From Camelus dromedarius (taxonomy: Eukaryota), in NCBI RefSeq assembly GCF_036321535.1, contig NC_087436.1:112532001-112596000 (forward strand): a stretch of 64,000 nt of DNA. Direction: 5' to 3'. Under the pieces are notes generated by a model. That model worked only from the letters and a program-made list of their open reading frames with translations. It made no database searches and was not told the origin of the DNA. Position 1 is the stretch's first letter. Each line of letters starts with the position of its first letter. The translations under genes were made by a program, and so were the position numbers. This document shows, in pieces, positions 36,145 through 49,440 of this stretch.

Positions 36145-37435
36145 CCATATATATTTCTTTTTTTTCAAAAAAACTTGTGATTTTGCCTTTGCTCATTTTT
36201 TTCAGTTGAGTTATCAGTATTTTTCACCTTTGATTTGTTCCCATATTTCACCGAATTTAGAAAATACCCATTTCTCAATTGGTGACATATATTTACATAC
36301 TCAGAATTTAGAAGTGCAAAAACGTATGCGTTGCGAAGCTTCTGTCCCACTCCTGGCTCTCAGTCCCCAGCTTGCTTTCACAGACGACCGCTGTTTGCAG
36401 GTTTTGCGTGTGCATTTGTGTGTCTGTGTCTTTTCCGATTTGTTTTCTGGTAACGCAGGCAAACGTGTGTCTGTGGTCTTTTTCCACAGATGATAACATA
36501 TTGTGTATATTGTTTGGCACCTTGCTTTCTTTGTAAATGCATATTTTGGTCATTGTATTAGTACATTAAGAGCTTCCTCATCTTTTTTTTTTTATTGCTG
36601 CAAAGTAGTTCATTACTTTTAATGTGTTTCTACCATTTTGCCGTTACAAATACTGTGTAACAAGTTATTTCACAAATGTGCAGGTAAGTATGTATTCCTA
36701 GAAGCAGAATTGCTGGGTCAATTTATAATTTTGTGAATTGGCACATTTGACAAGTAACCCCTCATCACACTCCACAGAGGTGGATTCAGTTCTGTCCTGC
36801 ACGAGCGAGGCAGAAAAATCTCGCTGAATTTTGTCCAGTGTCTTGGGAGGCGGACATCATCTCTGTAATATACACATGGGGGAAGAGGCTCAGAGAGAGG
36901 AACTCACTTAGCCAGGGTCACACAGCTTGTGAGTGAGCAGAGCAGGGATTTGAACTCAGATCGTCTGATTTTGGCATCTTACTCTTACTTACGTTTCATT
37001 ACGCTCTTAGACTCAGCTATTGCCCGATGCCTTTTAGTCGGATCGAACAATGCACCCCATGGAAAATGCTTTTGTAAGTTCTTCTATTTCCTAGAAAGCT
37101 AGAAAGGCAAGCAAGGAGAATGATTTTAAACTTTTGCTAGAAAAGTGTAGTCCAGTAACTACTGTGGATTTTGGGCCCTTTCAAGGTGACTTTTTAGACA
37201 CTGTATTGCTTGTTTTACAAATAAGTTTCCCCAGTGTAGCAGAAATGGGCTCTGGAGTTAAGGACTGGCCTTTACTGACTCCTAATGTGCCTTTTAATAA
37301 ATGAAAAATAACCTTCATTTTGTTTAGTCTGTTATTAGTAATTCTACCCTTCTTCACTTGGAAGTCTATTTAATTTTGTTTTTTTAAATTTTTAGAGTAG
37401 AACATCTAGTAATTTCATTTTTATTCTTATTTCTT

Positions 37436-37584
37436 TTTCTAAAAATTAAAAAAAAAATTTTTTGTGGGGGGAAGTAATTAGACTTATCTACTCATTTATT
37501 ACTTTTGGTGGAGGTACCAGGGATTGAACCCGGGACCTCGTGCATGCTAGGCATGCACTTTACCACAGAGCTATACCCTCCCCC
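37436..37584 (-). mobile_element. Camelid tRNA-Ala-derived SINE (Vic-1 type)
   Basis: Full head and tail. TSD ttattcttatttctt (37421-37435) versus ttattcttgtttctt (37585-37599). Confidence 0.92.
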
Positions 37585-38324
37585 TTATTCTTGTTTCTTG
37601 ATAAATGCATTTAAGCCTATAAAATTTCTCCTGAGAACAGTGTTGGCTTTATCCTGTAGATTTAGAATGTGGTGTTCTCATTTTTAATTTCCAGTAGTTC
37701 ATAATTTCAGTTTTGATTTCTTCCTTTTACCCAGTTTGGCTAACATCAATTGAGTCAATTTTACCTTTTTGAAAAGGCATGGATGACAAAGATTGAGCAT
37801 GAGTTGCTACAGTGTATTTTAAAAATCTCCAGTCTTCACCTGTGTAGGCTGCCATCCACCTGGGCTTCGCCCTGAGCTGTGAGCTGTGTGTGGAGGACTC
37901 GTGGTGAGCCCTGACACCTCTCCTTGCTGCCGTCTGTAACTGCACAAGGAAACGGGTCCCACCGGCTCCCATTAGCATGCTGTCGAGGCGGTTAATTACA
38001 CCTCAGGGTTTCCTTTTGGTGAGAGCATGTGGAATAAAACTTTCTTTCTGAGAAGAGTGGCTCCCCCTTCAGCTGCAGGTACAGGACACAGATGTGCCCC
38101 TTGCTCCCTGTGTTCCTCTTCCACAAATGCCAAGTGCATGTGCAGCGCGTGCTGTGCGGGATGGGACCGTGGGTCAGATGGGCTCTACCTGCATGGAGCT
38201 TGGGAGTTTCAACTTATGTCCCTGGACTTCCTTTTCTCTTTTTGTCCTTCATATTCATGTTACCTTAATTTTATACATATCCCTGTAAGCCTTGGAAGAA
38301 TAGGGAAAAAAAGTAAAATCCTGG

Positions 38325-38456
38325 AAAACAAAAACACTAATTCAAAAAGTTACATGCACCCCAGCATCATGGCAGCATTATTTACAATTGCCAAGATATG
38401 GAAGCAACCTAAGTGTCCATCCACAGATGAATGAATAAAGAAGATGTACTATGTGT

Positions 38457-38498
<42 letters not shown>

Positions 38499-38892
38499 GA
38501 ATACTACTCAGCCATAAAAAAATGAAATTTTGCCATTTGGAGCAACATGGATGGACTTCAAGGGCATTATGCTAAGTGAAATAAATCAGACAGGGAAATA
38601 CAAATACTGTGTGACATCACTTATGTGGAATCTAAAGGTAAAAGCTAGTGACTATAATCCAGAAAGAAGCAGACTCACAGATACAGAGAACAAACGAGTG
38701 GTTACCAGTGGGGAGGGTGGGAGAGAGGCAATATAGGGGTGGGGAAGTGGGAGGTACAAACTATTGGGTGCAGATTGGCTTCAAGGATGTATTTTACAAC
38801 ACAGGAAACATAGCCAATATTTTGTAATAACTGTACATGGCAAGTGACCTTTAAAAATTATATTAAAATAAACTAAAAATTAAAAAAAAAAA
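38325..38892 (+). mobile_element. 5'-truncated L1 3' end, sense to PROM1, with embedded (CA)n
   Basis: tacatgcaccccag...gcagcattatttacaattgccaagatatggaagcaacctaagtgtccatc, AATAAA at 38867 and A-tail. Confidence 0.92.
38459..38496. repeat. Perfect (AC)n microsatellite, about 19 units
   Basis: Directly visible. Confidence 0.97.
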
Positions 38893-41800
38893 GTCCTAAA
38901 AGCCAAGTTCTTATTGAGTGGGATTAAAAAAACCCAAAATAATTTAAAACTAGAAGAGACAGGATGGAGAAGGCTCTCAGGGCAGTAGCTTAGGTGAAAG
39001 CAGTCTTTTCAGTCTTTCAAGGAGAGCAGTGACTTGTTTACAGAAAGCAGCTTGAGAAAGCTGTTCAGTAATTCTGTAGGAGGGAACTTCTAAGTTAACG
39101 CTGGGAGACAAAAGGTGGCGACATAATGTTTGTGTTTGACATTTTTTGAGCACTGATTACCTCATGCAGGAGTCTGTATGTCCTTGTATTATTATTTTAA
39201 AATATTTAATATTTTAGTAATTGATGGTGATGCAGTATGATATGTTTATCACTGCCTTTGAAGGCTCTCCTCCAACCTGATTGGAAGTAAATAGCCTGAA
39301 TCCTGGGGAAGGGGAGGGTGTGGATGTTTTTATATCCCCTTGGAGGTTGGCTGACCCAGAAGCTCAGCCTAATGAGATTTGGACGGCTGGCTCCTTGGGG
39401 GGCCGCTGATTGAGATGTGCTGTGCTTAACGCAGCCAAGTCTACTAGTCTACGGTGGTGTCAAATGACTGAGTACTCGGGAAGCCAGCTTTGCAAGGAAT
39501 TGCATTTCTTTAAAGAGCCATTCCAAGTATAACTTGTGTAATAGAAATAAAGCAGAGTAGAAGTGAGTATCTGCTCTGAAATCAAGTTAATAGCTGACTT
39601 CAGAAGTGAGTGCTTCCTGAGTTCTGCATTGAAGTAACAGCACAGACCCGTCTTCCTGAGGACCAGTTTGCTTGGATGTAATTCCACGTGTTGTACTGTG
39701 AGTGTGTGTATCTGAGCTGTCCACTTCTCTCCTGCAGGGCTGTCCTCCCCCTCACTAGGGCTGCCGGTCGCCTGGACCAGTGGAGATGCCTCCTCACTTA
39801 GGGGGAGAGAACGGGGAAGTGGGGGACACAGTAGCCTCCGAAGGACCGTAACAGTCATCCCAGCTTCCTCCCAGATCTTCCTGAATGTGCCACATGACGT
39901 CCTGCCACAGACCCTTGGCATCTGGCCATTCCCTTTGTTTGGACCATTCCTCTGCATGGCTTGTTTCTCCTGTCACGTGGTCTTTGCTCAAATGTCAGCT
40001 CCTCAGGGACCATCTCTGGCCACACTCTCTAACTTAGTATCTCTCTCCAAACACACCACACTCCCTGCTGGTTCTGACTTGTTTCTCATACTATTTGCAT
40101 ACATTTTCTTCTCTTTTGAAATTTCTATCCTGAACCCTCCTCCACCAGCCAGTGATCTCCTACTTCATGGAGAAACTGGGTGGAATCCCATGGAAACTAA
40201 TTCATCCCTCCCCATTTTTATTTCCAATTTTTCACTAGGCTTATTCAGGCATTTAAAATTCTTTCCCCTCAATAACGAATTAGTCAAAAGATATGATCAT
40301 TTTCAAAGTCTTTGAAAGAACTACCCATTTCCCAGAAGGTCCTGAAATGGTTGATGCCACCACCAGTAATGTGTTGGGATTTTTTAAGACTGAATTAATT
40401 GCATCTTGTTACTTTATACTTATTTCTGATCACTCCTGTGGTTGATGGTTCTCCCATCTGTGTTTCCTTTTTGAGGAGTTTGTGAAATGCCTTCTGCCCA
40501 GTTATGTAGCCAAGTCTCTGTCTTTTTAGTGTTGATTTCGTGTCAACAGCTCTTTATACAGAAACCTTTTGCCTAATCAGGTCACTTGGTTTTAGGGAAT
40601 CTGTCACTGAGGGAAGATCATCTGGTCAGAAATAATCATCCAATTTCCTAGTCCCATTTTACAGACAAGAAAACTAAGGCCCAGAGACAGGAAGCTCGCT
40701 CATTTCAGGTCCCACAGTCAAATGAATGCTGGTAGGTCAGGCAAGCAGGAAGGTGGGCAGGGGAGTTGTTGGCTGGGAGGGAGGCAGTGCCTGCTTTGTT
40801 GTTTGAAATTGGATTCCTGGTACTTGGGTATAGCAGGAGCTTTTGTTGAATGAACACGCTTTTGTTGACTAAATAAGTGAATAGTTTATTATTGTTGGTT
40901 AATATCATTCTTTGCAAGCACAAGAGACATACTTTTATTTGTTTCCATTTTGCAGGTAGAATATGTTCATTCAAAATATACAGAAACAGATTTTAAAAAG
41001 GTCCATTCTCCACCCAAAGAAAAAAGATAGTTTTTCAGATTTTTTTTCCCTAGGCAAAGACATTTTAAAATAGTTTTTATATAGTGAAAATCACGCTATA
41101 TCCCCATATAGAATGTAAGCATAAAGTTAAGACTTGGAAGAAAAAAAGGTATTTAGAACATCTGGTTTCAGACCGTGCACCCACTGGTCTCCAGTATATG
41201 CAGAATATCTAGAACTGACTGTGCTTTAGGGTCAAATCATTTTTTATTATGATAAATGAGACTTTTGAGAAATAGATTGCACATTTAAAAACCAGACTGA
41301 ATTAAGGACTTAGAGCCAGAGGGAAGTAAGATTTTGTGTGATATTTAATGTACCATTGGAATGGCTGGGGTTTTAAAGTTCAACAGTAGTGGTGATTTGG
41401 GATTATGATTTAGTTTATAAGAAGTCTTTGATTTCTCAGCCTGCCTCCTTTGGAGCTTAATAAAGAAGACGAGGTGAAAGACATACAGGAATTTCTTAAA
41501 ATGAAACGAAATATAACTTAAGAATAGTATCATGATTGTATTTCTAGATTTGTTTTCAAAGAAAATATTCTTACCTAGAAGAAGTTATTTCTTAGGTTGG
41601 ATTGAGGTGTCTTGTTTAGGGCATGCAAGTTCTACTGAAGACAGGCTGCAGGTGCATAACACTGGGTTAGGAATGATAAGATTTATGTGGGAGAAAGAAC
41701 ATTTCCTACTGTAAGGAATGAACAGTCTCCGGTTGAAGAGATGAAATATATTTACAGAGAATAAATAGTCCAGGGGACATGTAAGCCGGTGGATCATTCA

Positions 41801-42206
41801 GTCTCACAAGTGGATGATGAACTGTAGGTAATTAGTGATGAGGGAAGTTGGCAAAGGACCTCAAGTGTTAACTTTGAAGGATAGAAGGAGGGTTTTGATA
41901 GGTGGGGGGATAGCATCACCAAGCCTCAGAGGGTTGGAATAAGTTTTTTTGTTTGTTTGTTTTGGGGACAAGGGAAGAGATCTGGCTGGATTGGAGGGGT
42001 CTTGTCTGGAGGGAGACATAATTATAGCAACTGCCTATTGATTGCATAATATGTGCTGGAGTTTTGACGTATTATTTTTAACAATGGGTATTTATTACCT
42101 CCGTATCAAAGATGAGACAATTGAGGTCCAGGGGTGTTAAATAGATTGCCAAGGTCACACATCATTAAGTATTAGATCTGGAATTTGAACTCAGGATCAC
42201 ATGATT

Positions 42207-42340
42207 TAGGGTGGCCATTTAATTTATCATCTAAACCAGGACTTTTTAAGAGTGAGAGACAGCACTGGTAACGATTAGGCCAGGACAGCAGGTGTGCACC
42301 GGACTGTCTGGGCGAGCCAAGATATGTATCTGGTCAGTCT
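42207..42340. mobile_element. MER81-like (hAT-Blackjack) relic
   Basis: tagggtggccatttaatttatcatctaaaccaggact...aagagtgaga...ccggactgtc...tggtcagtct, with degenerate terminal inverted repeats. Confidence 0.7.
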
Positions 42341-42598
42341 GCTTCCAAAGCCTGCACTCGCTTTAATTTCAGTGGGAAGGATAGGGTCACATTATGCACA
42401 GCTTTAAAGATAATTAGTGGAGGCCATGTAAAAAGGGTTGTAGGTTAATTAATCTGACAACGTTGTCTAGAAAGGAATGGAGTTAAGAGAGATGTGAGTC
42501 CAAGGGATCAATTAGAAGGTGACGTCACTAAAAGTGGGTTACGTGGAATGAAGATCTGAATTGAAGGATGGAGTGAGAGGGAAGTAAGATTTCCTATA

Positions 42599-42765
42599 TG
42601 TTTTTATTAATCTGTTTCTTTGTTTTTGTTTTTGTTTTGGTGGGGAGAGGTAATTAGGTTTATTTATTTATTTATTTATTCTTGGAGGAGTTACTGGGGA
42701 TTGAACCCATGCATGACCTTTTGCATGCTAACTATGCACTCTACCACCTGAGCTATACCCTCCCC
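42599..42765 (-). mobile_element. Camelid tRNA-Ala-derived SINE (Vic-1 type)
   Basis: gaggtaattaggtttatt...ggggattgaaccc...ctgagctataccctcccc. TSD tttcctata at 42590-42598 and 42766-42774. Confidence 0.92.
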
Positions 42766-43319
42766 TTTCCTATAAATTGTTTATAAAAAATTTTCAAACC
42801 TACGCCAAAACCGGAAAGAATAATACAGTGAATCCTCGTTAGCCAATTGCCCAGATGAAAAAATTTATCCGTTTTTGTCATATTTGTTTCATCTGTCCTC
42901 TTTTCTTTCTTGTTTCTTTGCTGGGACATTTAAAGCAAATTCAGACATACTATCATTTCACCCTCCACATCAATGTGCCTTTCTAAAGAATACGGGCATT
43001 TCTTACTATCCACACTGTCCTTACCGAACTACCAAAATTAATAAGAATTCTATTTTTTTACTATTAATTCTCATCATTAAGTGTGATATCCATTTTCCCA
43101 GTTATCTTTTTACTCATTCCTTTGTTCCTTGAGTCAGAATCCCAAAAAGGAGAGAACAAAGCATAAAACGTGTGACTTTCCAAAACTGAGTTCAAAAGTT
43201 TTGCCCCTAATAAACAGGAAAATAGGTTAACTGGCTAACTAGTATTAGAAACAGAGTTTGGAAAAGGGAAAATGATTATAGGGAAAAAGATGGGAAGAGA
43301 TCCAGGAACTTTTGCCTTC

Positions 43320-43935
43320 CAGATTTTTATCTTGAATCATTTCTAAACTTTAGAAATGTTACAAGAATAGTGCAAATGGACACCTGTCTGTCCTTTATAG
43401 ATTCATCAATTGTTAATATTTTGCCACACTACTTTGTTAGTATTTTGCCACACCACAGCATGCATCTTGTAAGACTAAGTCTCTCCTACATAACCACATG
43501 CAAGTATGACACTCAGGACATTTAACATTATTGTAACACTTTTATCTAATATACAGTTCATATTTACATTTCTCAGATTTCTCCATAATGTTCTATATAG
43601 TTTTTAATTCCCTGGATCCAGTATTCAGTCAAGAATCCTGCCTCACCTTAGATTTAGTCTCCTTTAATCTAGAACAGTTCCCTAGCCTATTTTTCTTTAT
43701 AGCATACAAGTAGTTTTTTGGACGAGCCTAAGCCATTTTCCCCTGAAATGTCCCTCAATTTTGAATTTACCTTGATTTCTCATGATTAGATTCAAATGAA
43801 ATCTTCTGTCGGGGTACTACGTGCATGCTGGATCCGCTCAGTGGATCTCATCTGGAAGTTACTGATGTCAGTTTGTCCCATGATTGGTGAAATTAAGTTT
43901 GTTGATTTGATTAAGGTGGTATCTTCCAGTTTTCC
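43320..43935 (-). mobile_element. Ancient L1MC-type 3' end
   Basis: gttacaagaatagt...agattcatcaattgttaatattttgccaca...ttagtctcctttaatctagaacagttcc...catgattagattca. Confidence 0.75.
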
Positions 43936-44972
43936 CCATATCCTGTCCTGTTCCCCAGCCCTCGTTGGCTGAGTGCTTTTAGCAACCAGGGATTACCCGT
44001 GCCTTCATAAATCATCACTGTGGTGGTTGTGAATGGTCATGCTCTATCATTTCTTTTCCGTTCATGAGTGGCTTTCTGCTGTGTCTGGAGCATTGTGGTG
44101 CCATGTCACAGGAAGGGAGAAAACTTGCACAGTCTAGTATTTCCCCAGGACTCAGGGGTGACTTTTGAGTGGCCTGAACAGAGCTCAGGGACTTGGGATC
44201 TGTGGGGTGTCGTGATCGCAGATGCGGGGGAAGGTGCACGTGCTGCCTCAATGGCTGGGGGGCCTTATTTAGCCCCTGCACCCTCCGAGGGGGCCCAGGG
44301 GCCCAGGTGTGGGTTCAGCTCTCATAAAGGATTCCTTCTGTCCCCACCCTGGCTGCGGGGCTTCCCATCCCACCGCTAACAAACAGGCAGTGCCGTTGAT
44401 CCAACAGAAGTTGGTTTGTTTTTGTGTTTAAATTGAAAGGAGGTGGCCTTTGGGCATTTCACTGCCTTCCTCTTCATTTGGGGTTTTGTTCTCTGACACT
44501 TAGGAAGTTTATGTAGGAGAAATTCAGAGCAAATAAGCAGAAGCCGTTTTTGTACTGGGGTTTGGGAAGTTGTCTTTGGGGGCCTCCGGGCTCTTGCTAA
44601 TCCCAGTCTCATTCTGAGTTCCCAGCTCTGCCCTGCCTCGAGGAGTGACTGGAAGACAGCGGTCAAAGGCCAGGCTCACAGACAGGCTCAGGACTTTCAC
44701 ATAACACAATTCTGTTCCTCTTTTAAAACACAGCTCAAACATCACCTGCTCCACGAGTGTTTCCTTACTCGCCACAACTCCCCCAATTTGACCTGCTGAC
44801 GGTGAACCTTGTATGACCCCATCTTCCCAAAAAGCAGACCTACTTTTTATCTACTTATCTGTGTTTCCAGTAGACTGTGAACCTGTTAACCACAAGAATT
44901 TTATCTTTTCGTCTCTGTATCCTTAACACCCAGTATAGGGTCTAGGACATATTTGTGCCTATTAAGTATTTT

Positions 44973-46699
44973 TTTCGAGATGTATTTTTATTGAAGTATA
45001 GTTGATTTACAATATTATATTATTTTCAAGTGTACAACATAGTGATTCAAAATTTTTATAGATTATCCTCCATTTAAAGTTATTATGAAATATTGGCAGT
45101 ATTCCTTGTGCTGGATAATATACCCTGGTAGCTTATTTATGATATTTGTACCTCTTAATCTGCTACCCCTGTTTTGCCCCTCTCCCCTCCCCTCTCCCTG
45201 CTGGTAATCACTAGTTTGTTCTTTATATCTGTGAGTCTGTTTCTGTTATATTCATTTGTTTTATGTTTTTAGATTCCACATATAAGTGGTAACATACAGT
45301 ATTTGCATTTTTCTGTTTGACTTTTTTCACTAAGCATAATACCTTCTAGGTCCATCCATGTTGTTGCAAATGGCAAGATTTCAATCTTTTTTTATGACCG
45401 AGTAATATTCCATTGTGTATATCTTCTTTATCCATTCATCTTTTGATGGACACTTAGGTTGCTACCATATCTTGGTAATTGTAAATAATACTGCTGTGAA
45501 CATTGGGGTACATGTTTCTTTTCTGATTAATGTTTTCATTTTCTTTGGATATATACCCAGGAGTGGAATTGCTGGGTCATACAGTTGTTCTATTTTTAGT
45601 TTTCTGAGAAACCTCTATACTGTTTTCCACAGTAGCTGCACCAGTTTACATTCCCACCAACAGTGTATGAGGGTTCTCTTTTCTCCACATCCTTGCCAAC
45701 ATCTATTACTTGTGTTCTTTTTGGTGATAGCCATTCTGACAGGTGTGAGGTGATACCTCATTACGGTTTTGATTTGCCTTTCTCTGATGGAATGTTGAGC
45801 ATCTTTTCTTGTGTCTGTTTGTCATCTACTTTCCTCTTTGGAAAAATATCTATTCAGTTTTTCTGCCCATTTTTGAATCGAGCTGTTTGATGTATGTGTG
45901 TGTGCGTGTGTGTGTTATATAAGCTGTTTATATATGTTGGATATTAACCCCCTACAGTCTTATCATCTGCAAATATTTTCTCCCATTCAGTAGGTTGTCT
46001 TTTGTTTTGTCGATGATTTCTTTTGCTGTGCAAAAGCCTTTGAGTTTAATTAGATCCCATTTGTTTATTTCTGCTTTTATTTATTTTGCTTTAGGAGACA
46101 GATCCAAAAAAATATTGCTATGAGATATTGCTACAATTTATGTCAGAGTGTTCTGCCTATGTTTTCCTCTAGGAGTTTTATGGTTTCTGGTCTTACACTT
46201 AGGTCTTAAATCCGTTTTGAGTTTATCTTTGTGTGTGGTGTGAGAAAATGTTCTAATTTCATTCTTTTACATGCAGCTGTCCAGTTTTCCCAGCACCACT
46301 TACTGAAGGGACTGTCTTTTCTTCATTGCATATTCTTGCCTCCTTTGTCAAAGACTGATTGACCACAAGTGCGTGGGTTTATTTCTGTGCTTTCTATCCC
46401 ATTCCATTGATCTTTGTGTCTATTTTTGGGCCAATACCATACTATTTTGATTACTGTAACTTTGTAATATAGTCTGAAGTCAGGGACTATGAGACCTCCA
46501 GCTCTGTTCTTCTTTCTCAATATTGCTTTGGCTCATGAGGGTCTTTTGTGTTTCCATACATATTTGAGAATTATTTGTTCTAGTTCCATGAAGAATGCAC
46601 TTGGTATTTTGATAGGGATTGCACTGAATGTATAGATTGCCCTGGGTGGTACGGTCATTTTAATTCTTCCAATCCATGAACACACTGTATCTCTTCATC
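44973..46699 (-). mobile_element. 1.7-kb 5'-truncated L1 (decayed ORF2 C-terminal part plus 3' UTR) inserted in an L2 tail
   Basis: ORF 46323-46520(-) [39 protein letters not shown] is L1 ORF2p. TSD tgcctattaagtatttt (44956-44972) versus tgcctagtaaatatttt (46700-46716). The left flank 44730-44970 is an L2 3' end. Confidence 0.95.
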
Positions 46700-46929
46700 T
46701 GCCTAGTAAATATTTTGAGGAGTGTAGTCTGACCATGTCATTATACCAATGAAAAAGCTTCAGCCTGAGAGGGTGAGGAACTTAACAAAACATCATGGAG
46801 CAAAGTCTCTCATCTCCCAGTCTTGTCCCTTTTCCTGCTATTAATAGATGTTTTGTCAATATCTATCTTGGATTAAAAAGCCCAAAGATCTATCTTTTCA
46901 TAAACCACCATTATAGCTACCACCATCAC

Positions 46930-47520
46930 CACCACTATTTGGGGACATTTATTTTGTGTCAGATACTCTTCTAAGTGCTTTTCTACTTACAATACTTAGA
47001 ATAATCTTGCAAGGTAGGCAGTATTAACTCATTTTACATATGAAGAAGTGGGAGCCTAGGGAATTCAAGGCAAGGGCCCAAGTCACTTCATATCCCACAG
47101 GATGCAAGGCTGGACATGGGATCTGGATCCACACAGGGCTGTGTACTGGAAAGAGCATGGGCTTCAGCATGAAAACACTCCTGAGTCTCAATTCCTGACT
47201 CACCGTTTATCACCTGAGGGATTATGTGCAATGTATTCAACCTTCCTGGGCCCCAGTGTCCTCATCTGGGAATGGGAGCGATACGGGGACTGCCGGCAGG
47301 ATTCTGTGTGGTAGCCATCTAGTGTCATTCTGATAAGCTCATGAGTGGCAATTGCTTTCTCTCCATTTTACAGATGAAGATCTCGAGGCCCAGAGGGTTT
47401 CTGTAACTTGGCCCATATTCAGACTGGTCACATTGCTTCTGAGTACTGGAGGCAGAACTTGAAGCCATTTCTGACTGGTTCTAAATCATGTGCTCTCTCT
47501 GCTTTGCCACACTGCCTAGA
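46930..47520. mobile_element. Cluster of MIR fragments in both orientations
   Basis: cattttacatatgaagaagtgggagcc; cagtgtcctcatctgggaatggg; ccattttacagatgaagatctcgaggcccagagggtt. Confidence 0.75.
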
Positions 47521-47809
47521 GCGCTTGGCTCTGGTTAATAGTCCCTTATCTTCCCCTCCCTTTCCTCTAAAAGACTGAGAAAGTTAGAAAGTTGGAGTAG
47601 GGTAGTAAAAGCCACAGATTGGAGATTTGGACAGAACAGGATAGGTTATTACGATTCTTAGAGAATTGCCACTGGATTGATTTATGGTTAAAAAAAATGA
47701 GGATTAATTTAAGGAGAGTAGAACCCTCTTATTCAACATGATTACTATTGGTAGTCGATTTGTTAAAGTTGGTCAATTTGGGGAATCCTAAAAATTATAC
47801 ATCCTTTTT

Positions 47810-48060
47810 GTTTTTTACATTTTTTGAAATTGAAGTATAGTTGATTTGCAATGTTGTATTCATTTCTGGAATACAGTATAGTGATTCAATTATACATAAT
47901 GTATTCATTTTCATTACAGGTTACTACAAACCATTGAATATAGTTCCCTGAGCTATACAGAAGGACCATGTTGTTTATCTGTTCTGTACACAGTAGTTTG
48001 TATCTGCCAATCCCAAACTCTCAATTTATCCCTCCTTCCCCACCCTGGTAACCACAAGTT
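47810..48060 (-). mobile_element. Short L1 3' end
   Basis: attgaagtatagttgatttgcaatgttg...aatatagttccctgagctataca. TSD-like ttatacatccttttt (47795) versus ttgtacatactttt (48061). Confidence 0.88.
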
Positions 48061-48149
48061 TTGTACATACTTTTCTTAAGCATTTTATTTTACCTTGAAG
48101 TATAAATGTAAATCCCCTCAACAGTCTTTTTTTTTTTTTTTTTTTAATT

Positions 48150-49440
48150 CGTCTCTGAAAGTTTTCTAACATCTGGATTCTCTCTGGGTTTGATTCTTTC
48201 TTGACAGTGGGTCATTTTTTTTCTTTCCTTTTCATGTGTCTTGTAATTTTTTCCTGAATGCTGGGCATCCTGAGGAGAATTGTAGAAACTGGGCTGAACA
48301 GTGTTTATTCCTAGATATGGACATGCCTTCTCTGCTTTCAGGCTATTAGTGTTGGGAGGCTGAGCCCTCCTGGTTGAGTCAGTTTGCTGTTGGACCATCT
48401 TCAGTGTATGTACACGGGCTTGCAACTCCCCCAGCCGTGGAGTGTGGTTGCCATGTGTGCAGCGTGGGGCCTGGCGTATGGAGGGTTTTCCTCAGTGTGC
48501 CCGCTCCACCCTCAGCTCCTAGCGGTCCCCACTCACCTGTGCCACCGAGGGCCCCTCTCGTGCTCCTGCTCCTCCCCTCAGTGCCAGGCTCATGGGGGAG
48601 GCAGTGAGGGATGGTCTCCAGCTACCCTGGTCCAGCCTTAGGCTTAGGCTGTCCCTGTGCGGCTGAGCTCGGGGAGTAGTTGGGGGTTTTATCAGTGTTC
48701 CTCTCCCCCTCCCCATGGCGGCCAAACTCTTACCGGGAATTTGCCTTCGGTGCTGGAAAGGAGTGAGCTTTCTGCCCCAAGAGTGCTTTCCTCTCTAGGA
48801 GCAAAGGGGTTTTGCTCCCATCCTGTCCCCCAGCAGCAGTGGGCCTTTACCTGTGTCCCACCAGGCAGGAGGGTTTCAACCTGTTCCCCATGGGCGGATG
48901 GGTTTTGCTGATATCCCCCACCCTAGAAGCAGTGGAGTTTTGCCTTGGCCACAGGGCGCAGAGGGTTCGCTGCCCCTCCTCGAGTGGCTTTAACGCTTTT
49001 TCTTTGAGACAAATGTCCAGGGAAGTCTGTGGTCTTTGTGTGTGTCCCCAGTGGCAACCCCTCACCTGCATACCTGCCACCACGGGGACTTTCTCCAGGC
49101 ACCTCCCCCGCCCCAGTGGAAGCTTGCAAGCAAATGCAAACTCCTCCACATTTCTGGGTCCTCCAGGTATTCCTTCGGGACACGCTAGCCCACACGTGCC
49201 CTTTAATAGGTTGGGAACATTTTCGGTGGTTCCTTTTTGCCTGACCAGCAAAGGGGAAACAGCTTGTGGGTCCCTTGTCTCTCCTTCAGCAGTGTGGTGC
49301 TCTTTGGAATCGATTGCTTTGAAGCCTCAATTCTCTGGTGTGCCCAAGAAAAGTGAAACACACGCACACACACACACATCTGGCTAGTTCTCCATGCTGG
49401 TGAGAAAGACCTGTTTGCAAATTCCTACATCCTCATTCCC
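48150..49440 (-). mobile_element. Ancient L1M 5' UTR / ORF1-start relic (family uncertain)
   Basis: ctaacatctgg...gggtcatttttttctttccttttcatgtgtcttgtaattttt...aatgctgggcat...tgtagaaactg is typical of antisense old L1 5' ends. Confidence 0.55.

Larger units (their letters stand above)
34945..36260 (-). mobile_element. Ancient L1M 3' region interrupted by MLT1A and a SINE
   Basis: agaaaagtgcac...cagctcgatg, ttgtgagattcatccacgttgttgcatgtag, gaatataccataatttatttatccat. Resumes after 35680 with ttgctgtttcaaacactgctatgaa. Confidence 0.75.

Noticed and set aside
42519..42528. Second full CRE palindrome GTGACGTCAC
   Set aside because: Isolated within decayed repeat-like sequence. One or two 8-mers are expected by chance in 64 kb.
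45415..46520. ORFs within the 1.7-kb L1
   Set aside because: Decayed ORF2 fragment and its antisense reading. The element is 5'-truncated and non-autonomous.
48812..49387. 191-aa plus-strand ORF
   Set aside because: Non-ATG start, lies in a probable old L1 5' relic and has no coding signature.
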